From: an uncultured Dehalococcoidales bacterium
Lineage (GTDB): Bacteria; Chloroflexota; Dehalococcoidia; Dehalococcoidales; GCA-2688105
Direction of reading: 5' to 3'
Assembly: GCA_964499445.1 (NCBI GenBank)
Contig: CAZCLE010000003.1
Coordinates: forward strand, 7,247 to 71,246
Length of the DNA stretch: 64,000 bases
Positions 1 through 10,763 of the stretch are shown here, piece by piece. The number at the start of each line of letters is the position of its first letter. Position 1 is the stretch's first letter. The notes beneath the pieces were generated by a model. It was given only the letters and a program-made list of their open reading frames with translations, had not been told where the DNA came from and searched no databases. Made by a program: the position numbers and the translations under genes.

Positions 1-6
1 AGAAAT

Positions 7-453
7 TTGAAAGGGATGTCTGTTTTGAGCCAAGAGCTGAAGCTTTCTGACCTGCACCAGGGAGACAACCTGTCTTCAGTGGTGAGGCATATTACTCAGA
101 GAGATATTAACCTGTATGCCGAAGCCAGTGGGGATTTTAACCCCATCCATATAGATGAGTCCTTTGCTGCCCAAAGTCCCTTTGGGGGTACTATTGCCCA
201 TGGTATGCTCATCCTGGCCTATGTGTCGGAAATGATGACCGCCGCTTTTGGTAAAAGCTGGCTGGCGGGGGGTAAGCTTTCAGTGCGCTTTAAGGCGCCG
301 GCTCGCCCTGAAGATATTATAACCATCACCGGTAAGATTGATTCCATTGAGCATAAAGAGAACATTCCACATATCAACTGTGGCTTGGAGAGTCACAATC
401 AGAAGGGAGAAACCATAGTTATCGGCAAGGCAACCGTTAAACTATGTTCATAA
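7..453 (+). CDS. MaoC-family (hot-dog) dehydratase
   Basis: Motifs ASGDFNPIH and IAHGM are typical of MaoC/(R)-enoyl hydratases. Alternative ATG at 16. Confidence 0.88.
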   Translation: MKGMSVLSQELKLSDLHQGDNLSSVVRHITQRDINLYAEASGDFNPIHIDESFAAQSPFGGTIAHGMLILAYVSEMMTAAFGKSWLAGGKLSVRFKAPARPEDIITITGKIDSIEHKENIPHINCGLESHNQKGETIVIGKATVKLCS

Positions 454-480
454 CCTGATGGGCAAGGAGAGAGGTATCTA

Positions 481-1500
481 ATGAGAAAAGCTAATCCGAC
501 GGTAAGAGTAGCTCTGGATGCGGTGGGTGGTGATTACGCTCCTGAAGAGATAATTAGGGGGGCGGTTCTGGCTGCCGAGAAGAACGATGTGGAGATTAGC
601 TTAGTTGGTCCCACTGATACAGTAGCTGGCGAGCTTGCCAAGCATAATACCTCTCATCTACCCCTCCATTGTGTTGGGGCTGACGGATTTATCAGTGAGG
701 GTGAGCCTTCTGCCCTGGCTATCCGCCGCCGACCTAATGCCTCCATAGCGGTAGCGGTTAAGATGGTGAAGGCAGGGGAGGCCGATGCTGTGGTTGGTGC
801 TGGTTCTACCGGAGCCATGGTTACTAGTGTCATCCGATATCTGGGCATGGTGGAAGGGATAGAGCGCCCGGTGGTTGGCGGACCCATTTTTGGTGTCGCT
901 CCCAATACGATATTGATGGATTGTGGTGCCAATGTTGACCCCAAGCCATATCATCTGTTGACCTTTGCCGTGGTTGGCTCTATCTACGCTAAAAAGTTGC
1001 TGAATATTGCTAATCCCACCGTGGCGCTGTTAAATGTTGGGTCGGAGGAGAATAAGGGCAACGAGTTAACCAGGGAAACCTATCCTCTCCTCCAAAAGAG
1101 TGGTTTGAATTTTATCGGCAATATAGAGGGCAATGAAATTCTTAGTGGTCGAGCTAATGTTATTGTTTGCGATGGCTTTGTTGGTAATATACTGTTCAAA
1201 TTCGGTGAAAGTGGAGTGGAACTGGTTAGGAATTGGCTAAAAAGCAAGGTAAAGTTTTATCCATTAGTGGGTCTTTTGAGTAGACCATTTAAGGATTTGA
1301 CCTCATTTTTGGGTGAGTCTCGTGGTATTGGTGACGGGCTTATCTGGGGGGTTAATGGCATTGCTTTGAAAATACACGGGGCTAGCCGAGCTCCAGATGT
1401 AGCTAAGAAAATAGCCCAAGCCAAACTGGTGGTGGATATGGATGTAGTTGGCTCTCTAAAATCAGAGTTAGCCACCATCAGAGGTCAGCTTAAGTTATGA
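481..1500 (+). CDS. plsX: Phosphate acyltransferase PlsX (divergent)
   Basis: VALDAVGGDYAP, DCGANVD, GNIEG, VCDGFVGN motifs. Confidence 0.9.
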   Translation: MRKANPTVRVALDAVGGDYAPEEIIRGAVLAAEKNDVEISLVGPTDTVAGELAKHNTSHLPLHCVGADGFISEGEPSALAIRRRPNASIAVAVKMVKAGEADAVVGAGSTGAMVTSVIRYLGMVEGIERPVVGGPIFGVAPNTILMDCGANVDPKPYHLLTFAVVGSIYAKKLLNIANPTVALLNVGSEENKGNELTRETYPLLQKSGLNFIGNIEGNEILSGRANVIVCDGFVGNILFKFGESGVELVRNWLKSKVKFYPLVGLLSRPFKDLTSFLGESRGIGDGLIWGVNGIALKIHGASRAPDVAKKIAQAKLVVDMDVVGSLKSELATIRGQLKL

Positions 1501-1513
1501 AAGGGGTGTTGCC

Positions 1514-1771
1514 ATGTCTATTGATGAGACTTTAAAGGATATCGTGATTAGGATTGTGCACTGTGATGAAGAGGTTCTTACTCCTACCAGTACCTGGCAG
1601 GATATGAAAGCCGACTCCCTGGACTTGGTTCAGGTGCTGGTAGCTGTGGAGGATACCTTTGATATTGAGGTTCCCGATGAGGACCTCAGCGAGCTCAAAA
1701 ATTTGGGCGAGTTTGTTAAATATATTGAAACCCGGTTAGCCGAGAAGGACACTGCGAAGGGCACGGCTTGA
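1514..1771 (+). CDS. acpP: Acyl carrier protein
   Basis: ADSLD phosphopantetheine-Ser motif; 85 aa, acidic; lies in fab cluster. Confidence 0.9.
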   Translation: MSIDETLKDIVIRIVHCDEEVLTPTSTWQDMKADSLDLVQVLVAVEDTFDIEVPDEDLSELKNLGEFVKYIETRLAEKDTAKGTA

Positions 1772-1849
1772 AGGCGAGGTAGCTCTGCTGACTGATAGCT
1801 CTCGTGGTATTAGCCGGGCTATAGTTTTGAAATTGACTGAGGAAGAAGT

Positions 1850-3085
1850 ATGGATAGACGAAGAGTAGTGATTACCGGAATAGGTGCGGTTACTCCTCTG
1901 GGCTTGGGCGTGAAGGAGTTCTGGGCAGGATTATCCGCCGGGAAGTCTGGTATTGATTATATTAGCTATTTTGATACTAGTAACTATCAGGTAAAGGTAG
2001 ATGCTGAGGTAAATGGCTTCAACCCTGCCCAGTATATGGATTTAAAAATAGTTGACCGCACTCCCAAGGCGGTTCATTTGGCTATTGTTGCGGCTAAGGA
2101 AGCGGTAGAATTGGCTCAGCTGGATATGACTAAAGAGGCAGCGGAGCGGGTAGGCGTTATCACCTCTACCATGATAGAGAATGACTATATTATTAAAGGG
2201 TTTGAGAACCTTCAGAAGCGGGGTCCGAGAAGAGGTGACCCGCTGTTTATTACTAAGGTAAGCCCGGCAGTGGTATCGTCGCAAATAGGGATGTTACTAG
2301 GCGCTAAAGGTCCCAATTCCAGTGTGAATAGCCTCTGTGCCAGCGGTGCTGATGCTATGGGGACTGCCATAAATCATATTCGCTTAGGCTATGCTGATGT
2401 GATGATAACCGGTGGTGCCGATGCTTCCCTGGAGGCAACCGCTATAGCTGGCTTGAATATGCTGGGAGCCCTGTCCCGGGAGACAGACCCGGCTAAGGCA
2501 AGCCGACCTTTCGACTTTAACCGCAATGGCTTTGTCTATGGCGAGGGGGCGGGGATAGTGATACTGGAGAGCTACGAGCATGCCAAGAAGCGGGGGGCAC
2601 CAATCCTGGCTGAGCTGGCTGGTGTTGGCTGGTCATTTGATGCTTATGATGCTACTGCTCCCCAACCTGAAACCCAGGCGATGGCGATAAGTGTCGCCCT
2701 CCAGGATGCCGGGGTAAAACCAGAAGAGGTTGATTATATTAATGCCCATGGCACCAGCACCAAGCTAAATGATGCCTGCGAGACCAAGGCGATTAAAGCC
2801 GTTTTTAATAAAAATGCCTACCGGATACCCATAAGCTCCAATAAGTCTATGTTTGGGCACATAATAGCCGCCGCTGGCGCGGTTGAGGCGGTTGCCTCGG
2901 TATTAACCATAAATAATAGCATTATCCCGCCAACTATAAATTATGAAACCCCTGACCCGGAGTGCGATTTGGATTATGTGCCTAATGTGTCTCGCCAGGC
3001 AGAGGTAAATGTCTGCCTTTCTAACAGCTTTGGCCTGGGCGGGAACAATTGCTGCCTGGTTATCAAACGCTTCAGTGAAAGATAA
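1850..3085 (+). CDS. fabF: 3-oxoacyl-ACP synthase II (divergent)
   Basis: RRVVITGIG, catalytic C (SLCASG), HGTST, GH, SNSFG motifs. Confidence 0.9.
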   Translation: MDRRRVVITGIGAVTPLGLGVKEFWAGLSAGKSGIDYISYFDTSNYQVKVDAEVNGFNPAQYMDLKIVDRTPKAVHLAIVAAKEAVELAQLDMTKEAAERVGVITSTMIENDYIIKGFENLQKRGPRRGDPLFITKVSPAVVSSQIGMLLGAKGPNSSVNSLCASGADAMGTAINHIRLGYADVMITGGADASLEATAIAGLNMLGALSRETDPAKASRPFDFNRNGFVYGEGAGIVILESYEHAKKRGAPILAELAGVGWSFDAYDATAPQPETQAMAISVALQDAGVKPEEVDYINAHGTSTKLNDACETKAIKAVFNKNAYRIPISSNKSMFGHIIAAAGAVEAVASVLTINNSIIPPTINYETPDPECDLDYVPNVSRQAEVNVCLSNSFGLGGNNCCLVIKRFSER

Positions 3086-3086
3086 T

Positions 3087-3848
3087 ATGACATCTCTGGA
3101 ATTAGACGGCAAAGTGTCTCTGGTAACTGGTGCCTCTCGGGGCTTGGGGAAAGCCCATGCTCTGAAGCTGGCTAGCCTTGGTTCCAAGGTGGCGGTCAAT
3201 TATGTGGATATAGAGGGTGAATCTAACCAGGCTGACGCTGCTGAGGTAGTAAAGGCTATAACCAGTCAGGGTGGTGAAGCTATCGCTGTGGAGGCAGACG
3301 TTAGAGATGCGGAAACGGTGAAAGCTATGGTGGGGGAGGTAGTGGAGCGGTGGGGTAAAATCGATATTCTGGTGAATAATGCTGGCATTAATAGGGATAA
3401 TTTGCTATTGAGGATGTCAGAGGAAGCCTGGGACGACGTAATTGATGTCAATTTAAAGGGTGCCTATTTGTGCACCAAGTTTGTCTTACGCTCAATGATG
3501 AAGCAAAAGTGGGGACGCATTATTAATATCGCCTCTATCTCCGGGGTAATGGGCACCGCCGGGCAGGGCAACTACTCGGCGTCTAAGGGGGGATTGATTG
3601 CCTTTACCAAGAGCATAGCTCGGGAGATGGGCTCCTTGAACATAACGGTCAATGCTATAGCCCCCGGCTTTATTATCACCGATATGACTGATAAGCTGCC
3701 TGCCGAGAGGAAAGAAGCTATCCTGTCGTTGATTTCCCTGCAGCGCTTTGGCCAGCCGGAAGATGTAGCCGAGCTGGTAGCTTTCCTGGCTAGTGACCGA
3801 GCTAGCTATATTACCGGGCAGGTTATTGGCATAGACGGCGGAATATAA
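3087..3848 (+). CDS. fabG: 3-oxoacyl-ACP reductase
   Basis: TGASRGLG, NNAGI, YSASK SDR motifs. Start moved from track 3009 to the ATG just after the fabF stop. Confidence 0.92.
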   Translation: MTSLELDGKVSLVTGASRGLGKAHALKLASLGSKVAVNYVDIEGESNQADAAEVVKAITSQGGEAIAVEADVRDAETVKAMVGEVVERWGKIDILVNNAGINRDNLLLRMSEEAWDDVIDVNLKGAYLCTKFVLRSMMKQKWGRIINIASISGVMGTAGQGNYSASKGGLIAFTKSIAREMGSLNITVNAIAPGFIITDMTDKLPAERKEAILSLISLQRFGQPEDVAELVAFLASDRASYITGQVIGIDGGI

Positions 3849-4030
3849 TTAATATGCCTCGTTATTCTTCGGCTTTTAGTCAAGTAGTAATGCTCATCAC
3901 TTAGCTCATATGATTTACCCTAACCGGTTCGTTTACTGAAAGCATCCTGTTCAGATTAGCTATGGCTGAAGGTAGCCAGTGTAGACGGGTGATGAAGAGT
4001 AGGTTATAATAGCTGAGTTGGGGAGAGACA

Positions 4031-4846
4031 ATGCCCATCCTTTATGTTGTGGCTACCCCTATTGGCAATTTAGAGGATATTTCCCTGCGTGCCATCCGTA
4101 TCCTGCGTGAAGTGAAGCTTATTGCTGCCGAGGATACACGCCGGACGAAACGATTGCTTACTGCTTACGATATTAGAACGCCGATGACGAGTTATCATGA
4201 GCGTAATAAATGGTCTAAACTGGGTTATATTTTAGACCGTCTTGAAGAAGGGGATGTGGCTCTGGTTTCTGATGCCGGGACGCCAGGTATGTCTGACCCT
4301 GGTTATGAACTGATTGTGGCGGCAAACCAGCGGGGCATTCCGGTGGTTCCCATTCCTGGTCCTTCGGTTATTATCACGGCACTGGTTGTCTCCGGACTGC
4401 CTACGGATAAATTTGTTTACCTGGGTTTTCTGCCTCATAAGGCTGGTAACCGGCGGCGTCTTCTTGAATCGGTGGCTGATGAACAGGGCACTATGGTGGT
4501 CTTGGAAGCTCCTCATCGCCTGCTAGCGGCGCTACACGATATATTACTTATTCTTGGGGATAGGGGGGTGGCAGTTTGCCGTGAACTTACCAAGATTTAT
4601 GAGGAAGTTTTCCGGGGGACGATAAGCCAGGCAATTGAGCACTTCACCCAGCCCAGGGGAGAATTTACCCTGGTTATTGAGGGTAAGGTAGGGAAGGATA
4701 AACCGTTGTTAACCGAGGATATTGAGAAGCAGTTACACCATATGCGCCGCTCCGGGGTAATGGCTAAAGAGGCGATAGCAAAAATAGCTGGAGAAACCGG
4801 TTTATCAAAGAAGGAGCTGTATCGAGCCTGGCTCAGGTTATCCTGA
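4031..4846 (+). CDS. rsmI: 16S rRNA (cytidine1402-2'-O)-methyltransferase
   Basis: LYVVATPIGNLEDIS, AEDTR, SDAGTPGMSDPG, RELTK motifs. Confidence 0.95.
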   Translation: MPILYVVATPIGNLEDISLRAIRILREVKLIAAEDTRRTKRLLTAYDIRTPMTSYHERNKWSKLGYILDRLEEGDVALVSDAGTPGMSDPGYELIVAANQRGIPVVPIPGPSVIITALVVSGLPTDKFVYLGFLPHKAGNRRRLLESVADEQGTMVVLEAPHRLLAALHDILLILGDRGVAVCRELTKIYEEVFRGTISQAIEHFTQPRGEFTLVIEGKVGKDKPLLTEDIEKQLHHMRRSGVMAKEAIAKIAGETGLSKKELYRAWLRLS

Positions 4847-4874
4847 GATTTTAGGTATGGGGAGGAGTTGATAA

Positions 4875-5093
4875 ATGCGCCGAGGATGTATATCTGTAGG
4901 AGAAGTCCAGTGTGACGGTTGCCATCGCATTATACCATATCCTGAGCGTTATTTAGCCGTTGATGAAAAGGACGGCGTTGAGGTTGAAGAAGGTGAGACT
5001 TCACGCTATTGTGTCGACTGCTGCTTGGCAAAGGGCTATGCTCAATACAAAATAGAGAAGGGAGAGAGGGTGCTGTCCTTCTTTCCTGAATAG
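4875..5093 (+). CDS. Small Cys-rich hypothetical protein (possible Zn binding)
   Basis: RBS GGAGGAG; CDGC and CVDCC motifs; fills the rsmI-metG gap. Confidence 0.7.
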   Translation: MRRGCISVGEVQCDGCHRIIPYPERYLAVDEKDGVEVEEGETSRYCVDCCLAKGYAQYKIEKGERVLSFFPE

Positions 5094-5116
5094 GCATTTA
5101 GTTAGGGAAATAGGTT

Positions 5117-6847
5117 ATGAGCGAGAGAATTCTGGTTTGTGTGGCCTGGCCTTATGCTAATGGTCCGCTGCACCTGGGACAGATTGCTGGAGCCTATCTG
5201 CCGGCGGATATCTTTGCCCGATATCATCGGACTAAGGGGAATGAAGTACTAATGGTATCGGGTTCAGACCAGCACGGCACACCAATAACTATCAAAGCTG
5301 AGCAGGAAGGGAAAAGCCCTGCCGAAATAGCCGCCAGGTATCATCAACAGTTTCTTGACTCGTGGCAGAAGCTGGGTATTTCCTTTGACTTATTTACTAC
5401 TACCGGTACTACCAACCACGCTAAGGTATCACAAGACATTTTTCTTACTCTGTGTGACAAAGGCTATATTTACCGAGCTACAGTATCTCAACCCTTTTGC
5501 CCTAAATGCCGGCGTTTCTTGCCTGACCGCTATATTGAGGGCACGTGCCCATTTTGTAATGCGACCGCAGCTCGAGGCGACCAGTGTGATGAATGTAGTA
5601 AGCCTCTTAACCCGGCTGAGCTGGTTAATCCTAGTTGTCGTATATGTGGTACTACTCCCGAGTTCAAGGATTCTGAGCACTTCTTTCTAAAATTGAGCGG
5701 GTTTCAAGATGAGCTTTCAGGTTGGGTAGAAAAACAAGGGGGAAAAGGCCAATGGAGGCCGAATGTTTATAATCTTACCCAGCGTTATCTGAAGGAGGGG
5801 TTGAAAGATAGGGCTATCACCCGTGATATAGATTGGGGAGTGCCGGTTCCGCTTGAGGGCTTTGAGAATAAGCGACTCTATGTGTGGTTTGAGGCGGTCA
5901 TTGGTTACCTCTCGGCAGCTAAGGAATGGGCCAAGTCCGGTGGCGATGAGGAGAGGTGGCGCTCTTTCTGGCAGGATAATGAAACGAGGAGCTACTATTT
6001 TATTGGTAAGGACAATATTCCTTTCCATACCCTCATCTGGCCGGCGATGCTTAAAGGTTATGGCGGGCTTAATTTACCCTATGATATTCCGGCTAATGAA
6101 TTCTTAACTATTGAAGGCAGAAAGCTTTCCACCAGCCGCAATTGGGCGGTCTGGCTGTCTGACTATCTCTCCCGCTATGACCCTGACCCGTTGCGCTATT
6201 TGCTTTCTATAAACATGCCGGAGACAGGGGATACTGATTTTTCGTGGCGTGAGTTTGTCCGCCGTAACAATGATGAGCTGGTGGCTACTTATGGCAACTT
6301 AGTCAATCGGGTACTCACCTTTGTCTATCGTAACTTCAATGGCGGTGTGCCCAGCTGTGAAGATATGGGTACTAGCGACATTAAGGTAGCTAATATTGAT
6401 GCCAGTGGCAGTGAATTAATCGAAAAGTCTGACGCAGCTTTTATTGCCATGGATAACCTTCTTTCCCAGTGCCATTTTAAACAGGCGTTAAAAATGACTA
6501 TGACAGTTGCCCACGAGGCAAACCGCTACCTTGATGAAAAATCACCCTGGAAGGTAATCAAGGAGGACCGGCAGGCTGCCGCCAAATCCTTGTACGTAGC
6601 TATTAGCGTAATTTCCCGCCTGAAAACGATGCTGTATCCCTTCTTACCCTTTAGCTCTCAGAGGCTGCATGAGCTTCTCGGTTTTAAGGGGAAAATAGAA
6701 GATTACGGCTGGCAGTTTCATACACCTGTGCCGGGACAAAAGTTATTAGAGCCCCACCCCCTATTTTCTAAATTGGATGAAGGCTTGGTAGAAGAGGAAA
6801 CGGCTCGGTTGGGGCATGCCTCCATAGTTGATTTGGCTGGTAGTTGA
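5117..6847 (+). CDS. metG: Methionyl-tRNA synthetase (no C-terminal tRNA-binding appendix)
   Basis: PYANGPLHLG (HIGH-like), Zn knuckles, KLSTS (KMSKS-like). Confidence 0.96.
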   Translation: MSERILVCVAWPYANGPLHLGQIAGAYLPADIFARYHRTKGNEVLMVSGSDQHGTPITIKAEQEGKSPAEIAARYHQQFLDSWQKLGISFDLFTTTGTTNHAKVSQDIFLTLCDKGYIYRATVSQPFCPKCRRFLPDRYIEGTCPFCNATAARGDQCDECSKPLNPAELVNPSCRICGTTPEFKDSEHFFLKLSGFQDELSGWVEKQGGKGQWRPNVYNLTQRYLKEGLKDRAITRDIDWGVPVPLEGFENKRLYVWFEAVIGYLSAAKEWAKSGGDEERWRSFWQDNETRSYYFIGKDNIPFHTLIWPAMLKGYGGLNLPYDIPANEFLTIEGRKLSTSRNWAVWLSDYLSRYDPDPLRYLLSINMPETGDTDFSWREFVRRNNDELVATYGNLVNRVLTFVYRNFNGGVPSCEDMGTSDIKVANIDASGSELIEKSDAAFIAMDNLLSQCHFKQALKMTMTVAHEANRYLDEKSPWKVIKEDRQAAAKSLYVAISVISRLKTMLYPFLPFSSQRLHELLGFKGKIEDYGWQFHTPVPGQKLLEPHPLFSKLDEGLVEEETARLGHASIVDLAGS

Positions 6848-6859
6848 GAGAGGGGAATC

Positions 6860-7825
6860 TTGCAGTTAAGCACAATTTATGAACCGGTTCGGGAAGATTT
6901 GGGCAGGGTAGAGGACGAACTAGGATTAGTCAGTAAGGTCGATTTTCCCTGGCTGGCGGAGCTACTAGGCTATAGCTTGAAGAGTGGGGGCAAGGGGATT
7001 CGCCCGGCGCTTACTCTGCTATCGGGCAAGCTTTACCACTACAATCTTGATACTCTTTTGCCTATGGCCACCGCCGTGGAGCTCTTGCACGTGGCTACCC
7101 TGGTTCATGATGACGCTATTGACAAGTCTCCGGTTCGCCGAGGCAGGCCAACGTTCTATAAGGTGTGGGGTGAGGAGAAAGCCGTGCTTCTGGGGGACTA
7201 TTTATTTGCTAAAGCGGGAGAGCTTACGGCGACTACCCAGAATATACGAGTAATAAAGCTCTTCGCTCAGACTCTCAAGACTATTTCCACGGGGGAGTTA
7301 GCCCAGACATTCAGCGCTTTTAATCTGGGGCAAACCTACCAGCAGTATATCCATAGGATTTCTTGTAAAACGGCTGCCCTCTTTGTCCTAGCTACCGAGT
7401 CTGGCGCCGTCTTGAGCGGGGCACCGGAGGCATCAGTCAGGATTATAAATGAGTATGGTTATAATTTAGGGATCGCCTTTCAAATCGTGGATGACATTCT
7501 GGACTTTATCGGAACCGAGGAGGAAATAGGAAAGCCCATAGGCTCGGATTTAGCTCAGGGCACCCTCACGCTGCCGGCAAGGCTTCTTCTGGAGCGCTAT
7601 CCCGAGGATAATCCGGTGAAGAGATTATTTCAGAACCGGGATAGTCAAGAGGACATAAAGCTGGCGATAGAACTGGTTCGTAACTCGCCGATTATCGAAG
7701 AATGCTACACTGTTGCCGCAGATTATTGTGCCAAGGCTTGCCATAACCTTAACCTATTACCCGACAATGCCAGTCGCCAGTCGTTGATAGAAATAGCTGA
7801 CTATGTTATCCGGCGAAAGCGATAA
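6860..7825 (+). CDS. Polyprenyl diphosphate synthase (HepT/IspB-like)
   Basis: GGKGIRP; two DDxxD motifs (HDDAID, VDDILD); KTA; TTG start. Confidence 0.9.
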   Translation: MQLSTIYEPVREDLGRVEDELGLVSKVDFPWLAELLGYSLKSGGKGIRPALTLLSGKLYHYNLDTLLPMATAVELLHVATLVHDDAIDKSPVRRGRPTFYKVWGEEKAVLLGDYLFAKAGELTATTQNIRVIKLFAQTLKTISTGELAQTFSAFNLGQTYQQYIHRISCKTAALFVLATESGAVLSGAPEASVRIINEYGYNLGIAFQIVDDILDFIGTEEEIGKPIGSDLAQGTLTLPARLLLERYPEDNPVKRLFQNRDSQEDIKLAIELVRNSPIIEECYTVAADYCAKACHNLNLLPDNASRQSLIEIADYVIRRKR

Positions 7826-7839
7826 TTGGCTAGTGATAG

Positions 7840-9669
7840 TTAAGAGGTTGCGGAGGCTTCTGGCAAAGGTGAGGGGACGAGTTGGTTAAATAGTGTCTCC
7901 AGCTCTTCACCCTCCAGGGTTTCTTGAGCAAGGAGCTTTTCCGCAATTTGGACTAATTTGGGCTTATTTTCGGTTAAAATCATCTTGGCTACTTCATGGG
8001 CGTGCTGGATAATGTTACGGACTTCCTCATCAATCTGCTGAGCTACCTTTTCGCTGTAGTTCCTTTGCTCAGAGATTTCACGACCGAGGAAGACCATCTC
8101 CTCCTTGTGCCCGAAGGTTAGTGGTCCTAGCTTATCGCTCATTCCATACTCGGTTACCATTTTGCGGGCAAGCTTGGTGGCTTCTTCAATATCATTTTGA
8201 GCCCCGGTTGTTTTTTCGTTGAAAATTAGTTCCTCAGCAGCATGGCCAGCTAGCAAGGTAGCTAGCATATCGTTAAATTGGGAGCGGGTTAGCAGGTATC
8301 GGTCTTCGGTAGGTAAAAGTCGGGTATAACCACCCATCATGCCCCGAGCCACTATAGAGATTTTGTGTACCGGGTCGGCATTAGGCAGCATTCTAGCCAC
8401 CAGGGCATGCCCTGACTCGTGATAGGCGGTGATTTCCTTTTCCTTAGGGCTTATCCTCCGGCTTTTCCTTTCTGGACCGGCAATTACCCGGTCTATAGAC
8501 TCCTCAAGCTCCTGCATCTCAATAGCTTTCTTGCCGCGTCTGGCGGCTAGAATGGCGGCTTCATTAACCAGATTGGCCAGGTCAGCACCGCTAAAACCGG
8601 CTGTCTGTTTAGCCAGCACCTCTAAATTAACCGACTCATCTAATGGTTTGCCATTGGAGTGAACTTTAAGGATGGCGGTTCGACCATTAATATCCGGGCG
8701 GTCAAGGATTACCCGTCGGTCAAAACGACCGGGACGAAGTAAAGCCGGGTCGAGTATATCAGGTCGGTTGGTGGCGGCGAGGATAATCACGCTGGTATTG
8801 GTGTCAAAGCCATCCATCTCCACTAGAATCTGATTAAGGGTTTGCTCCCTCTCGTCATGACTTCCCCCCAGCCCGGCACCGCGGTGGCGACCCACAGCGT
8901 CAATTTCATCAATGAAGATAATGCAAGGGGTATTGCGCTTGGCCTGTTCAAAGAGGTCGCGTACTCTTGAGGCGCCGACACCGACAAACATCTCAACGAA
9001 TTCGCTACCGCTGATGGAAAAGAAGGGCACTCCGGCTTCACCAGCTATGGCTCGAGCCAGTAGCGTTTTCCCCGTGCCCGGTGGACCTATAAGCAGCATG
9101 CCTTTGGGAATACGGGCTCCCAGGCTTTGGAACTTCTCCCGCGACTTGAGGAACTCTACTACTTCGTGCAGCTCTTGCTTGGCTTCCTCTACCCCAGCTA
9201 CATCATCAAAGGTTACCGTTGGCGTATTAGCTGGGAAAAGTCTGGCTCGACTACGACCAAAACTGATAGCCTGACTGTTAGCCCCCTGTGCCCTGCGGAA
9301 GAGGAAGAATAGCAGAGCGCCAAGGAGTATGAGGGGAAGGAAGTTTATCAGCAGACTGCCCCAGTTAAATCCTGATGGTTTAAACCCATAGTCTACTTTA
9401 CTAAGATCAAGTCCGAGTTCTTGGAGTTCAACATAATTGAGGTTAAGGATAAAGGTCTTTAATTTTGTGCCATCCATGGTAGTACTCAGTAGCTCATCAC
9501 CGTCTATTACCATGTTCTCAATCTCACCCCTTTGTGACATAGCCACAATTTCATCCAAGCCGATTTCCGCCGGTTTTTGAACTGTGGGCAGGATAAAGGA
9601 GAAGAGAGCTACCGCTGCCAGTAAGATAGCTATATATATTAAACTGTTACGCTGCCAACCCGGTTTCAT
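7840..9669 (-). CDS. ftsH: ATP-dependent zinc metalloprotease FtsH
   Basis: 2 TM segments, [19 protein letters not shown] motif, HESGH. Confidence 0.97.
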   Translation of the reverse strand: MKPGWQRNSLIYIAILLAAVALFSFILPTVQKPAEIGLDEIVAMSQRGEIENMVIDGDELLSTTMDGTKLKTFILNLNYVELQELGLDLSKVDYGFKPSGFNWGSLLINFLPLILLGALLFFLFRRAQGANSQAISFGRSRARLFPANTPTVTFDDVAGVEEAKQELHEVVEFLKSREKFQSLGARIPKGMLLIGPPGTGKTLLARAIAGEAGVPFFSISGSEFVEMFVGVGASRVRDLFEQAKRNTPCIIFIDEIDAVGRHRGAGLGGSHDEREQTLNQILVEMDGFDTNTSVIILAATNRPDILDPALLRPGRFDRRVILDRPDINGRTAILKVHSNGKPLDESVNLEVLAKQTAGFSGADLANLVNEAAILAARRGKKAIEMQELEESIDRVIAGPERKSRRISPKEKEITAYHESGHALVARMLPNADPVHKISIVARGMMGGYTRLLPTEDRYLLTRSQFNDMLATLLAGHAAEELIFNEKTTGAQNDIEEATKLARKMVTEYGMSDKLGPLTFGHKEEMVFLGREISEQRNYSEKVAQQIDEEVRNIIQHAHEVAKMILTENKPKLVQIAEKLLAQETLEGEELETLFNQLVPSPLPEASATS

Positions 9670-9772
9670 CCTTTACCTCAGGTAATTAATTAACTTAGAC
9701 CACTTATATATTATACCAAAACTAACTGTTAATAGGAAAACAAGTGGCTATGGTCTATATAGACACTTGGGG

Positions 9773-10612
9773 TTAGTCGGCTTTGAGCAGGGTATTATAG
9801 GTTGCTTGCAGGAGTAGGGCGTCCTCTTCTAGGTTGGGGCTTTCGCAGATTACAATACCCTTGGCATCATGGTCTTTTAATGCTTGGAGAAGCTCAACAT
9901 ACTGAAAATCTGACTCTTTTAGGTTCAGATGTTTTATTTCCCCCTTTTTACCGTAAGCAATGCCTGAGACATGGGTATGCATATCGTCCAGGGCGGCTCT
10001 GCCCAAGCGCTCTTCAACCTGTTGCAGGATAGAGGCAAACTCCGGGTAAGAGTTGAATCTTCCCGTCCGAGCGTGCCAGTGAGCAAAGTCTATACAGGGA
10101 GCTACGCCTTCAAGCTCGGTGCAGAGGTCAAATACTTCATCCGGGGTGCCAAACTGAGAGAGTTTCCCCAGAATCTCGGGTCTAATCCACACTCGATTCT
10201 TTTCCTGCCTAAGCTGGTTCATTACCTCCCCCAGGTGTTTCCTTACCGTACTATAGGTTTTTTCCGGGGGGTCACCGAGGTAATAAGCGGCGTGGAAAAC
10301 AATACTGTTAGCCCCGCACAAGGAGGCGATGCGGGCGGTTTGTAAAATCCTCTCTTGGCTAGCCCTTATCTTTTCCGACTCGTGGGCATTCAGGTTAATA
10401 AAGTACGGGGCGTGAGCTGATAGCTTTACTCCTAGCCTGGTAGCCACTTCAGCCACCTGACGGGCGCCTGCCTCCCCCATTCTTACTCCTTGGACAAATT
10501 CTATCTCCAGGCAACCCAGCCCAAGCTCAGCAATCCGTTCAATCCCCGATATGGTGGATGGTGTTTGGGCGCTGTGGGGAGTGCCGCCGGTGCCAAAAAG
10601 AAGCCCCGCCAT
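9773..10612 (-). CDS. Endonuclease IV-like TIM-barrel protein (archaeal-type AP endonuclease family)
   Basis: HAPYFINL, FHAAYY, PEILGK, DFAH, HTHVSG, ICESP motifs. Confidence 0.8.
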   Translation of the reverse strand: MAGLLFGTGGTPHSAQTPSTISGIERIAELGLGCLEIEFVQGVRMGEAGARQVAEVATRLGVKLSAHAPYFINLNAHESEKIRASQERILQTARIASLCGANSIVFHAAYYLGDPPEKTYSTVRKHLGEVMNQLRQEKNRVWIRPEILGKLSQFGTPDEVFDLCTELEGVAPCIDFAHWHARTGRFNSYPEFASILQQVEERLGRAALDDMHTHVSGIAYGKKGEIKHLNLKESDFQYVELLQALKDHDAKGIVICESPNLEEDALLLQATYNTLLKAD

Positions 10613-10763
10613 TTATTCCTATCCCTCCATCTTTTCCAATACGTTATCATACATAATATAGCATGGTAGCAGCCAATGTTAAAATTCATTCAGGTGCTTA
10701 GGCTTTAGTATTACCGCCATTGTGCTATAATATTGATAGGCTACTATACACGGAGGATAACTT

